NCBI GenBank assembly: GCA_028534125.1
Contig: CM052817.1
Coordinates: 41,790,001-41,854,000 of the forward strand
DNA length: 64,000 nucleotides
Direction of reading: 5' to 3'
Source of the DNA: Lama glama
Taxonomy: Eukaryota
Every line of letters starts with the position of its first letter. The first letter of the stretch is position 1. The translations under genes and the position numbers were made by a program. Below are positions 13,990 through 27,050 of this stretch, one piece after another. Below the pieces are notes generated by a model. That model saw only the letters and a list, made by a program, of their open reading frames with translations. It had not been told where the DNA came from and ran no database searches.

Positions 13990-14190
13990 CAGGCCAAGTG
14001 TTCCATATAGTTGTGTTATTTAGTATTCAGCACAAACCAACCCCCAAAGGAAGATATTGTTTTACTCATTTTATACGCGAGGAACGTAAGGTTGACAGAG
14101 GTATATAAATAGCCAAAAATCTCATAGCTAGAAAGTGGCTAGGTCAAAATTTGAACCCAGATCTACTTTATTGTAAAGCCAGTGCTCTAA
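13990..14190 (-). mobile_element. MIR SINE
   Basis: ctcattttatacgcgaggaacgtaagg...catagctagaaagtggc...atttgaacccagatct. Confidence 0.75.
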
Positions 14191-15028
14191 CTTCCTGTAG
14201 GGCACAAATTTAAGGAGACAAAAGAGGCCTGAGAGACTATCAGTCAGTCAGTGTAAAGTTGATTAAACATGACCTCAAAGAATTAATTAAATCAAGTGAT
14301 GAGAATGATGACAGGGATGAGGAGCACAATCTAAATTTATCAGTATGGCATCAGGACTCAAGCCATCACCCTGAAGCAACAGTGACATAGTTTAAAAGTT
14401 CACTCGATTGTAGATCAAACACAAAATATAAAATAAAAATGAAAGATTTATTAAATTCATTTCAAAACTGTTTTATGAACATCTTTAGAGAAAATCACAA
14501 TGGCGCTCAATCACAAAGCCCTTTCAGAAATCTTCCTCTGCCATCTCTGAGATTCGGACAGCATCTCCCTCATCACCAGGACATCCCTGGCACCTCTGCA
14601 GTCACCCTCTTTCCAACAAACTGTTCTTTCCATTTTTCTCTGGAGTCATCCACCAATGAGCCACCCGTAAATAAAATTATACACTGTATTACTGCTCTTA
14701 TCAATAAACAAGGATAATGGCAAACATTCAACCCCAAAGATTCTTCTATAAATTCGCTGCATAGCCTTGACCACTACACTCTGCCTGCATTTTCTCAGAC
14801 AAGTATGTACGTATGGGAGAATTGGCTTTTTTTTTTCTCATCATTCTCCATAAATGTAACTTGTCAAAATTTATATCATTCAATCTAAGAACAGTAACAA
14901 TGACAAAATGCCTTGTATTTTATACCACATATTTTAAAATTGTTTCCACAATTCAAAGTGTTAGAAGGATGTCTACTCTAAAGAGAAGGGCCTCCAGTGC
15001 CCTCTGAAAGGCTTCCACCTTGAGCAGG

Positions 15029-15047
15029 CCACTGCCACCTTGTGGCA
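15029..15047 (-). promoter_or_regulatory. Candidate CTCF binding site
   Basis: Minus strand TGCCACAAGGTGGCAGTGG closely fits the CTCF core CCASYAGRKGGCRS (one mismatch). Lies in apparently unique sequence. Confidence 0.6.
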
Positions 15048-15334
15048 CTTTGATTCAACGAGTTTTGATAAGTGATCCATTCCTAACACACCACAATGAA
15101 GTGTGAACTGGAAGAGGGATCTTTCCCAATTATTTACTTTGGTGGTAAACTGATTCTAGCTAGATTGTAATGCTGGATAGGTAATTCTTTTCATATCTGG
15201 TTTATATTTTCACATGTCCAGACAAGTCAATCAATCACCTTCTAATGAAATAAAATATTCAACAACTTAAAATTGTCCCTGAGTTCTGAATGACTTTGAA
15301 AAACTGAAAAGTAACCAAAGATCACTTTAGTAAT

Positions 15335-16336
15335 TGTGATATCATGATTTATAAGAAATAAATTTATACTTGGCATTTATATGACCAAAATATATTTCTC
15401 ATATATATATTTGAACTTCATCCACAGTTCCTGGCTCACACCTTCCAAAACACTTGGGATTTCTTGAGCAATAAGAATAGGAACATCTTTTATTATAATA
15501 TTTGGTCTCCTATGCTCAGTCCCTGAAAGTCATTCAGGGCCACAAAGGTGAAATGGGTATTTTGTTCTTCATAACAAGACCTTTTCCATCACAACTGAGT
15601 TTATGCTATGGAAGATGACTTTTGGAAAGTACTAAGGATGAAGGCTGGTGGCCAGGAGAACCAACCATGCGATTAGAGGGTTGAAAATTTCAGTCCCACC
15701 TTGTGATTACTAGGGAGGAAAGAGGGGCTAAAGTTGAATCAATCACCAATGGCCAATGAGCTAATCTATCATGTCTATGCACTAAAGCTTCCATAAAAAA
15801 ACAGAAAGAGGGGGTTCAAAGAGCCTCCAGGTTAGGGAAGCAAAACAACTCCAGGTGCCACCATGCCTTGCCCAAGTTCCACAAGAATAGAAGCTTTTTT
15901 GCCTGGGACCTCTCACTGTTCATCTCTTCATCTGGCTATTGATCCATATCCTTTAATATACTTTGTAATAAATCAGTAAGCCAATGAGTGAACAGGCTTT
16001 CCTGAGTTCTGTGAGCCATTCTAGTAAATCAACCAAACCCAAGGAGGCGGGGCGTGAGAACCACTGATTTATAGTCATTGGGTCAGAAGTACAGTTAACA
16101 GCCTGCACTTGTGATTGGCATCTGAACTGGAGAGTGGTCTTGTGTGACTGAGCCCTTTACCTATATAATCTGATGCTATCTCCAAGCAGATGGTATCAGA
16201 ATCAAGTTAAATTCTTGGACACCTGCTGGGTGCCTGAGAATTACTTGTTGGTGTGGGGAAGCCTACACACACACACCACACACACACACACACACATTTT
16301 GGAATTGGGTCCAGGAACCCAAAAGAGTAAAAGACA
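15335..16336 (+). mobile_element. MER21-related ERV solo LTR (~1 kb) containing a (CA)n tract near its 3' end
   Basis: Begins tgtgatat. Contains cagttcctggctcacaccttccaaaacacttgggatttc, ctgagtttatgcta, aatcaccaatggccaatga, aataaa (15967), ttcctgagttctgtgagccattctag and ggtcttgtgtgactgagccc. The 3' boundary is uncertain. Confidence 0.75.
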
Positions 16337-18592
16337 TTGCAATATATAATTGTCACACTTACTCTATTTTTGATAAATAATTTTTAGTATGGGTTTCACA
16401 TATGCTTTTACTTCATTTTGACTATTAGAATGCATTTATTTTAAGCCCTTAATTAATCATTTGTTCTATTTATAATATAGATACCCTACCCTAACTACAC
16501 TAAATAAAAATCCACTTGTTATTAGCTACCTCATCTTCACCTGAATTGGGAAAATTTGATTTAATGTATTCTTTAGTTTACTAGTAATAAAAATCATGAA
16601 AATAATCTGAGTTCATGTGTCTGATTTGGCTGTAAGACCCTTCAGAAAGAACTCCCTTCCTGCTTCCTTAACTATTTTTATATGGTTTTGGTTTGTGCTT
16701 CCACTTTATCTTCTAGGACAATATTCACTACATGTCATTTCACCTCTAAATTATTTTTATATATCTCTCTTTTTTTTCCTAACACAATAGAAGTCCTCAT
16801 CTTTTTTGTAGCCATGGTACCCTTTTGAATATAAAAATACTTGATCACAAATTTGAAAGACTTATATTTAATTATTACCAAATTATTTATTTGCTTGGTT
16901 GTCCTTCAGTCCTATGTATCTGTTTAAGAAAAGCTGTTTACTCTCCTTATATACATACTAATGAAGTAAAAATTTTACATGTTATGGATAATACTTTCTT
17001 CTTTAAAAATAACTTGACTTTATAAAATACCTCCTACCTCTTAATTCCAAGAAGTAAACCTTGCTTTACCTCTTACTTTTTCTTCAAAAATCTGAAAGAG
17101 TAAAAGCTTATTCTTTCCAGACTTGCCCTTCATTAATGACCATGAGATGCTTATAGGTTATAGACGATTCTTAATCTTCATTGTCATTGTATATGTTTGG
17201 ATGCAGCCAAAAGGTTTGGGCTCACAAAAAAAGAACCACTTTGGTCCGGTTCCAGGCTTGGCATCCAAAATACACAGTTTACAGTTTACTTAGGAAGACA
17301 CAAACAAAATTTATGTGAAAATAGGATATGACACAACACAATAAGATACAATGTGATATATGTTGTAATTTTATGTGAGGTTAACTCTTAGACATCTGAG
17401 GTTGTATTGACCAATCAGAGGAAACAGCTCCCCTTTCCTGGAGATGGTTAGTAACTAAGCAGTAGACAGACAAGGCTAATGCCAGCTCCCTAGCAGCTGA
17501 AGGAATAGCGTTGAGGGCGATCCCTAGCATGCTCTGCTTTGAAGGAGACAGTGAGGGCCAAGATATCCACCCAGCTAAACCTACTCTACTCCATGCCACA
17601 AGGACTACTGTGGTTTCTTCCAGTAATGTCCTAAAGATCTTGCAGAGGCTGCTGAGTGAAATGGGGAAGACATAAATTATTTCTAAACTATCATTGCTAG
17701 AAGTACCAAGATGCATGCCCACCTAGGGTGAATCAGTGGTGTCAGGTTTCTATTCCAAAGTAGACACATTGCAGTTAAGTATTAAAATATTTCTAAAACT
17801 TTACTTTGTGAAAAAGTTTGACTTCCAGTAACCCATAATACTATTTTATAAATATATGGAAATATTAGAAAAAAGTAAACACATTATTATTTACTTTTCA
17901 CTTGTATAAGTTTGCTTTCATATCACTATTTACCTAGTCAATGAACAATGTTTGACCAGTAAATAGCCAGTGATTTCTAAATTCTGCACTCTGTTTGCAG
18001 TTCCCTAAGTTTAAATCAGTATTTCCAAAGTCTAGTAAACTAATTTGCTCATATTAGTAAATATTAGCAGTTTCAGTTCTCAGTATTAGCTGAAATTTAT
18101 TGGCTCTACAGAGAGAAGGAAAGAGTTAATGTGATAAAAAAGAGAGATTTTCAAATAAAGTATATTATTAAAATACAAATAAAGTTTTAACATTCTTTGC
18201 CATTGAGGAAATCCATAATATATGTTGTATTTATAATTAGATGATAAACACTTAAATTTATCAATGAAGAAATAGGAAACTTGAGGCTATAATTAAACAT
18301 ACTGATTCACAAAGATGTCACCTTCATGCTGACATTAAAATCATGTTTTTCTCTTCTAACTAGAAAACATTTCAACTTCAAACAACATTTTAATAGTATG
18401 TGCATGCAATGCTTTTTCAAAATTTTTGATAAATGGGACTAACTCACCTATTTATTTTTTTGAAGCAGAAGATAACCAGAAATTTTGTTAAATTTTTTAA
18501 TTTAAATTTTATTATTTATTAGTTCTGAAGTAAAGCTCTACTAACACTGAAACCCAGTTAATTGGCATTCCATGCAGTAAGTTAACACATCA

Positions 18593-18815
18593 TTTCTTTG
18601 TTATTGAAGTATAGTTGACCACATTACATAACTAATATTCTATCAGTTTCAGGTGTATAGCATAGCAATTGAGTATTTTACAGATTATACTCCATTAAAA
18701 GTTATTACAAGATAATGGCCATAATTCCCTGTGCTATACAGTATATCCTGGTTACCTATCTATTATATATACAGTAGTTTCTATCTCTTAATCCCATACC
18801 CCTAATTTGCCCCTA
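18593..18815 (-). mobile_element. LINE-1 3' end (L1MA8/9-like, laurasiatherian type)
   Basis: ttattgaagtatagttgac...tttcaggtgtatagcatagcaatt...ttccctgtgctatacagtatatcc. Confidence 0.85.
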
Positions 18816-20339
18816 ACTCACTTAAATTTAAGACTTCTAACTACATTTAAAAAGAGACAAGTTGCTAGAAATTGTCGACACCTAATCTTTCGAGTTTAAA
18901 AAAAGAAAACTGTGCCATATCTCCTAACTTCCCCGTCAAACAATCTAAATGAACTTTGCCTCCTAACCTTTCAGGAGTGCAGCCAGGCTTCCAAGGACAA
19001 ATGTCACACATGCTTCTCCAGCAGAAGACCTGGTCCCAGTTCTTCCCCATCACATACATCAAATCAGAGCCATCTTCTCTAATTAGAGTATCTGTGATAT
19101 CAACATCTCCTTGTTAGTAGAAGTGCTTTAATTTAGAGTCAGTGCCTCACCACTGGCATGGACTGTCTGTCATCTCTGTTAAATATAGAGCTACTGGGAT
19201 CAGGTCACTATCAGTCAGTCATACAAATGTACCTCTTAGGATACCTTCTGTCAGGAACACCCTGTTTTGAATCACTCCTTTGAGACTTAAAATATTCTAA
19301 GACAGCAGTTGATTTTAATAAAAACTTCCAATTAAGATAGAAATAATATCATAATTTCAGTGCAAACTGACATTAACAATCTGTTGAGATGAACTTAACT
19401 TGTAAATGGATGATTTGTTATATATACAGAGGGAAAAAAATGGAATACAAATTACAAACATACAGAGGCCCACAAACAATAGCATCAATTAACAAAACCC
19501 AAGTCCAAACTAATTGGGAAACAACTGCAATAACTTAAAATAATTGCAGAGAATGAATCAAGTATGTGCCTGCCTACCTTTTTTGGCAAAGATACAGAGG
19601 AGAGTATGGCCAAGAGCCATCAGAGTTATAAACTGAAGACAGATTTTGTTTTCCCCAATCACTTTTGTCTCAATCAACATTGTTTTGGTCAAGCACTAGT
19701 CTTTGCAGGTATAGATGGATTGTAGAATGCAGTCAGTTGCAAAACCTCATCATCTTATGTACAAAGGGAACTGATGATGAACTAAAAGACAATAGTTCTC
19801 AGATTTTATGTACCTAAGCCCCAGTCCCTGATGACACAATTCGGCTTTCTACGAAAGCAACATAGCTGATTCTCATGCAGGTAATGCATGGATTGCATTT
19901 TGTAACATACCACTATGAGGTATAAGTGCGTAACAGTCAAACATAAAGGCCTCCTGAAATGGGGCAGGGGATAAGTGCTTCTCTTTGTTCTGATTGGCAT
20001 TATGCATGTGACCTAATTTTGGAGAGAACAGAGGAAATTATGTAATTTGGGATTATAATGAATTGAGTTTAATGAACTGATTCAAATTTGTTTGAGACAC
20101 CATAGCTGCCACATCAGTTTTAGAGTTACAACAAAAATATGTAAAATAATGTATTAATTATCTTTAGAAGATGAGAGGTTCCACAAAAGACATGATGCCA
20201 ATGACTTCAAAGCTCTGTATATTTTAACCATTTCTACTAGTCTTCTTGAATGAATTCTCTACTTCTTGGTCTGACAATATAAGCGATTCATGTCATTTTT
20301 CTGAACATTCCTCACTGGCTTAAGGTAAGATATCCTGAG

Positions 20340-20510
20340 TGAATATCCCAATTCTGTTGCTTACTAGCGTTGAGAAAAACTGCAGGCCTTCTGCCCTACA
20401 CCTTAGCCTACTTAGTTGTGAAGCAGGTAATGTACTTCACGTAAGGCTGTGGGTATTAAATGTGATCGTGCACGTGAAGAGCCTAGTAACAGGTTCAGCA
20501 TACCATTGTT
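20340..20510 (+). mobile_element. MIR SINE fragment
   Basis: gaatatcccaattctgttgcttactagc...gtattaaatgtgat...gtgaagagcctagtaacag. Confidence 0.55.
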
Positions 20511-22916
20511 ATTTTCCTTTCTCTCCTTGGCTGTTAGTTTCTTTCCCACTATTGTATCTAATTATTTTAGTTTGGTCATTCTTACCTTCTAAAGGTGAAT
20601 AAAACAGAAAAACAAGCTTCTTAAGAACCATGTATTAAATGGAAGAAGACTTGGAGGGAGAGCCCAAGGCTACAGTTTTAGGATCTGGGGTGTACAGAGG
20701 CATTTTGTACTTAATTCAGAGGATTGAGAGCACTGTTCAACCTCTATTTAAGTGGAAACAGTATTAGAATACTGTAAGCCACAGAAAATTATTTAGTATA
20801 ACATTGAGTTGGGTGCAGAAATAGGGATAACTCAATTTTCACAAATTATTTATATCAACATAGAGATTCCACAAAACATAATATTAAATAATAGTAATTA
20901 ATTTTCAGCCTTATATATGGTTGATGTTGTTTCTATAAATAAGGATAATAGCTGAGAAGGCTTAAAGTAGATACTTTAGGTTTTTTGTCATCAAAGTCTA
21001 GTGTAATCATTTCCAGAGAAATTAAATTTGCATTATGCTTTTGAGATAAATTCTTCAGCAACAAGCTGAGTTAACCCACCCTTTTCACCAAGTTTTAGGC
21101 TCTATTTTTTAGTTTACTATGTTATTTTTCTCCTTGGGGACATAGGGTAAGAAGCAGGGTATTGAAATAGAAGAATTACATATTTCGTTTATGTTCTGGA
21201 AAAATAAAATATAATATTTCGCTAATAATAGTGGGTGACTAACAGTATTCATGTATTCTTCACTGTATCACTAATCTAAAAACAATTGGCACACTCTCTC
21301 CTTGAGGGCTGACAACAACAATCACCACCAAAACCTTCTAGAGCATGACTTTTGTAAAGTTCACAGTAGTCATTCATTCATCTAGCTCAGTTTTAGGACA
21401 TTGATCAAAAAAATTTTCCTCACACTCATGTACATCAGGCCAAATACATTTGTATTTTACAAATTCTCTACCTGGGACATGGGGTGTACAGTATGGACAG
21501 TCATGACGCAGTTTATTTATTTTCATTGCTTAAGTCAAGACCCACTGTAGAAAGTGGTGGCGCTATAAATAACGTATTCAGTCTTCCGGCTTCCCTTTCA
21601 TCCTTCGGTAAATGGGGAATTAAGAGACCAAGTCCTCAAAACTTTCAAGAGAACTCAAGAGAGTTTGTTCAATGGAGTTCAAATATCAGGCTAAAAGCAA
21701 GTTGCAATTTTGATTTGAACCCTGCTTCCTACTAATGTCCCAACCCAGGTGTGACCCGCATTTGATAAAACATTAACTTTGTTCTCTATGTAAATAAAAC
21801 GGTGGCTGTCCAGGTGCACCTGCCGTATGGAATTACAGGCAACCACAAAGCTATCAGAGGGTAACGCAGCAAAAACAAACAGAACAAGTGTGCTAAGGGG
21901 CACATTTAGATTGCCGTTGTAGATTACGTATACAGGTAAATCTTTCTGTCAAATAAGTTGAATGCAGTTACTGAATATTATGTATAGCCCACATGGAAGC
22001 TAATTTCCTCAATGTTCCCATATCAGCCCCGATTTAGGGGAGTATTTTTAAAACTGTCTTAGGTGAGAATGTTTTAAATTCGCTCAACAATCACATAACT
22101 GGAAGGTATTTAAAAGTACTGTGGAGAAAGGGAAAAAAGTGTTGGTAACTGAATATGGAATAAACTATGCTCCCTTTTAATATCTTCTGTGAAATGGCAG
22201 AATGATAGAGAGTACTTTGCACATTTATTACTGACAGGTGTAATTTCACCCCTACTTGAAAGGCCATGACTTTAAAAGGAGATGAAAGCCTCCAGCTGAT
22301 GAATGAGGGAAGAAAAGTCTGACAGGAAAAACACGACTGTCTCGAGGGAATTGAGTCATGTGGTCCTGCGGTTTACCATTTGGCCATGAAGTTACAAAGA
22401 TTTACAGTGTGCTCTAAAGGGGTTTGGAACCCGTTTATTTGCATTTACTTCTGGACAGCTGATAGAACAACTTAGGGAAACTGCAAACAGTGTGACCAGC
22501 TCATCCTGCAGCTGATAATGACATAATGGCTTTAGGCCACCCAGAGCAATTGAACCACGACTGATGAAACCCTCCCGCACGCAAGTTTCTGGGCTAATCA
22601 CAAGATTTAAGATAGCAAATTGGGTATAAAATGCCTTTATAAATATCACTGAACACAAACCATGGGTCTACATTTAGAAAAGAGCTTATATCACTTTTGT
22701 AGATTATACAGCATTGAGAAAAAAAGTCCCAAGGTACTTTTTAATTTTAGGTCTGTTCTGACAAAACCTTCAGATAAAAGGTCTTTAAATTATTTTGATT
22801 AATTAAACCAACATACATTCTGTACTGTTATCATTAAGGCACTGGGCTTAGCAACTGAGTTTAAGAAAACTAAAAATGTAAAGGAGAGAAGATGAAAGAG
22901 TAAGCTACTATAATAA

Positions 22917-23455
22917 GAAGATATCCTTTGATAGGTGAATGAATAAATAAACTATGAGATATTGCTCGCTGCTAAAAAGAAATGAACTATGAAGCCATGA
23001 AAAGACTTGGAAGAAGCTCAAATGCATATTACTAACTGACAAAAGCCAGTCTGAAAAGGATGCATACCGTATGACACCAACTGTATGACATCTGGAAGAG
23101 GCAAAACTATGGAGATCAGTGGTTAGAGGAGGGGGAGTAGTGATGAATACGAAGAGCACAGAGGATTCTTACCAGGGTGAAAATACTCTGTATGATACTA
23201 TAATGATGGATACATGTTATTATCTATTTGTCCAAACCCATAGAATGTACACCAACAAGAGTTAACCCTAATGCAAAGTATGGACTTTGGATGATCATGA
23301 TGTGTCAATGGAGGTTCATCAATTTTAACAAATGTACCGCTCTCTTGAGGGATGGTGATAATGGGAAAAGCTATGCATGTGTGGAGGAAGGGGATTTATG
23401 GGAAATTTCTGTACCTTCCTCTCAATTTTGCTATGAACTTAAATAGTCTTAAAAA
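22917..23455 (+). mobile_element. L1MC1/2-type LINE-1 3' end
   Basis: ctaaaaagaaatgaactatgaagccatgaaaagac...tttgtccaaacccatagaatgtaca...gttaaccctaatgcaaagtatggactttgg...tctgtaccttcctctcaattttgctatgaac. Confidence 0.85.
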
Positions 23456-24183
23456 ATCATATTTCACTATTACTTTGGGCCCACTACCAAAATAAATAAG
23501 AAATGAAAATAAAATTAGCACTTATTACTCTGGATTGTTTAAAACTAATTTGATATTGAAGAAATATCCTGTTGAAATAATCCAACATTAAAAAAGTAAA
23601 AATCTTTACACTTTAATAAACCTATAAACCAAACTTGAAACCTTTCTAAAAGAATTTCCCCTCAAATAGCTTCCTTCCCTCACTACATAGTTTCTTGACA
23701 TTGGAAATATTTGCATGAACAGCACGACAAAGTTATCAAAATTCCTTAACACAGTTAAATAATATCACATAAAAAAGTACTTTAATAAATATGAATATTG
23801 TTCAGATTTCACTGTAAAGTTTTGCTAGGATCAATAATCATACACAAGGCAAGAGTCCTATTGATTTACAAAGTCACGTTATTTAACATAATGTAAACAT
23901 TCCCCCCGCCAAACAACCTTAAGTTTCTGGACATAGTAAGGTGTTCAAAGAGCTAATAATATAGGTGTACAAAAAGCCCTGGGAAACTTTTCCAAGAAAT
24001 TCATCCATGCATTTCTTTATATTGAGTAATAAGCCCTACTTTAAAAGTCTCACACAGTATGCGAACCTCAAATACACAACTAAATTTAAATGTAGATAAT
24101 CCCAAATCATTTGTAGAATTGAATTTTATCGTGAAATATTTTCATTCAGCATTTCCTTATTTTCACCTCCTTTTCATCAGCCA

Positions 24184-24283
24184 CTCTCTCTCAACCTCTC
24201 TCTCTCTCTCTGCTCCTCCCGCCTCTAGCCACTCACCCCCCACAAATACACACACAGACACACACACACACAGACACACACAC
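24184..24283 (+). repeat. Compound (CT)n/(CA)n microsatellite
   Basis: Directly visible. Confidence 0.9.
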
Positions 24284-26489
24284 TGTTAGCTGTACTCAGC
24301 AGTATGTAAGAATTCTAACCCATTTCTGACCCTCAACATGATGATTCTGTTTCAAACTATTATTTCTCATTAAACCTTCTGGCTTCATCCCATTAGGTTA
24401 ACATCTGCTTTCTATCAATGCCAAGGAAGACAGGTTCTGTAAATAAACTCTCTTTAAAAAATAAGAATAAAAATGTAGGAGTGTATGGATCTTTAAAAAG
24501 TAGAAATCTAGGTTCTTTTATTACATCCAAAATGAGTCTTTTCGATATGAAAGCCCTCCATTTACTTCGGGAAAATCGTGGAAAATATCAACATCTGTGT
24601 ATTGCAATAAAGGCACTACTTGTAACTGCCATTCATCAAGCCAGTGAGTAATTCGGAAAACAGTAGCAACAGACTTTGGAGTGCAGTACATGTAGGATGA
24701 AGCCAAAATGTTTTTCTACCTCGTAAAGGAAACTTTTCCATGAGCTCTACTTTCTGCCAGTTGCGTCTTCAAGGTATGAGCAGCAACAGCCTCCTGTTGA
24801 TTTAACTCCAATAAATGGAGAGGAAACCCAAGTGAGGCATGTTCCATATGTTAACCCAACCTCCTTTAAAAGTATCATTTGAATCCCACCCTCTCTTATT
24901 ATTAGAATCAGTCAGGCAGATTGATAAGTGTGAGAATATTGATAAGTAACATGAGTTTAAAAAGTGTGCAATCTGCTATTAATTATTTAAATATTTCATT
25001 TACTATCCTTTCAAGAACCCATTTTCCAATGTTGGTGAAAACAGACATGTGGCCCAGAAAGGAGAGTGTGAAATAGAAAAAGCAAGAAGCTTTTAAGTTG
25101 AATAATCTATTTCCTAATTATTTAGGTTTAATGATAAACTTAAATGTGAATGATATAAAATTTAAGGTGGTTTATTTCTTTAATGTGAATTTCTCCATGC
25201 ATTATAATTATATAAATATTTTGTATGTATATATATAGATATATAGAAGTATGGATATAGAGATATATAATTATAATGTAGTAGATTCAAAAAGAAATTT
25301 CAGCTAACAAATGTCTTATAAATGTCTCTACCACATTACAGTAAGATAAAAATAAGTAAAACTACCTCACATAACCTTCCCATTGTGACATTACATGAGC
25401 TTCTAGTCCAATACAATTTCAAGCTGCCCCCACCAAGATGGATTCATGATCATAATTGTATTTCTATTCCCACAGCATTAGGTTACAGAAAGCAGGTATT
25501 TCACCCTGACGGTGATGCCTTTCCCAGTTCTCTTTGCACCACTTAAATGGAAAAACAAGTCCTCAGAACAGCAGTCCTTCTTATTCTGGACACATGCCCT
25601 TCCAACACTCATAGCTTTCACGCTGCAGTCAGAAACCAAGCTGTGGTCAACTATTTTGGTTTTCTGAAAAATGACCCAATGTTACCCTGATTCTAAAGTC
25701 AGGAAATACTGAGATTCTTGTATCTATGATTTTTCCCTTCTTACCATTCATTTTTATATATTTCTCTCCTATTACAGCTCTAACTCGCGGCATCATTGAC
25801 CCTCTTATCTCCATCCCCTTTTCTCTCCATCCATTCCCCCTTCCCTTTCTTACTTCCTGTCTCACAGCCTCTCTCTCTCTCTCTCTGTCTCTGTGTGTGT
25901 GTGTCACTCTTTCTAATTCTCTCCTCCCTTCACCTCTTTGCTTTTAGCAAATGCTGAACACCTTGACATCCTGGTGAAGTAGAGAATTCACTGACAAACA
26001 AGAGAGACATGGTCTCTACACTTATGGTGCTTCTTCTTATCTATCTAAGGAGACAGACATTGAAAGAGATGCAAGTGTGATGAAGTGTAGAGTATGACAG
26101 GAATATACAATACAAATATTTAACATTCTACTTGTCATATTCTTCCTGAAGAAGCAACATTCAAGCTGGTCTCTGAAATAAGTAAAAAGATATATGTATA
26201 TAAGTAAAAAGATCAAAATATATGATCTTGCCAGTGTACTTTTAAAAGTACACAAATATGAAGATACAGAGCACAATAGAAAACTGGTAAGTAGAGGCAA
26301 TCACAATCTTGACTTGTCCCTCTCCTCTTTCACTTACATGAGGGAAACTTCCCGAAAGACTAGCCTTCCTGCCTTCCTTTCCTCCCTTCCTTCCATCTAC
26401 AGACATTTTCTGAAAACATGCTGTATTCTAAATACAAGAAATATCAAATGACCATTATCAAATGATTCAACAATTATTATCACAAGTTA

Positions 26490-27050
26490 AACGCATAAAT
26501 ACCCAGCTAGAAATTATTTTACAAAAACTCTCAGAAAAGAGAAGGAAGTTCGACAGTTTCATAACAGTGAATGGTAAAAAGGAAAAAAATTAAATGCACA
26601 TCATTGGGGTATGGATTAAAATAATATGGCATATGCATCCAATTAAATATTATGCAGCTTTTAAAAAGACTGAGGCAGATCTAGACAACTAATTCAGCTA
26701 ATTCAGATACATTGCTACATGAAAGAGCAAGCTGCAGGAGAGTACATGCAAAATAGTCCCATTAGATTATGCATGGAAAAGGATTTCTAAATCTGTCTCT
26801 GTCATTCTATTTACAGGTGTATTTAAACTTCTATATATGTCTAAGACTGCATGCCAGTTGCTATTGTGATGGCTATACATCTCTGTACATCACAGAATAT
26901 TTCTGGAAAGATTTACAAGATATTGTTAATTGCAGAAGGGGCAGTGAGATTGGAAAATGAGTCTCTCACTTTCAACATTTAAATCTATTATAAAGATTTA
27001 CTTTACTACCTTATAGCTTCACTTATTTATAGTTTTTTAACTTATTCATT
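26490..27050 (+). mobile_element. L1ME-type 3' fragment
   Basis: aaatgcacatcattggggtatggattaaaataatatggcatatgcatcc...aatattatgcagc...gaaagagcaagctgcag. Confidence 0.6.

Noticed and set aside
21549..21566. Second CTCF site (gtggtggcgct)
   Set aside because: Has the 3' half only and lacks the conserved 5' CC...AG positions.
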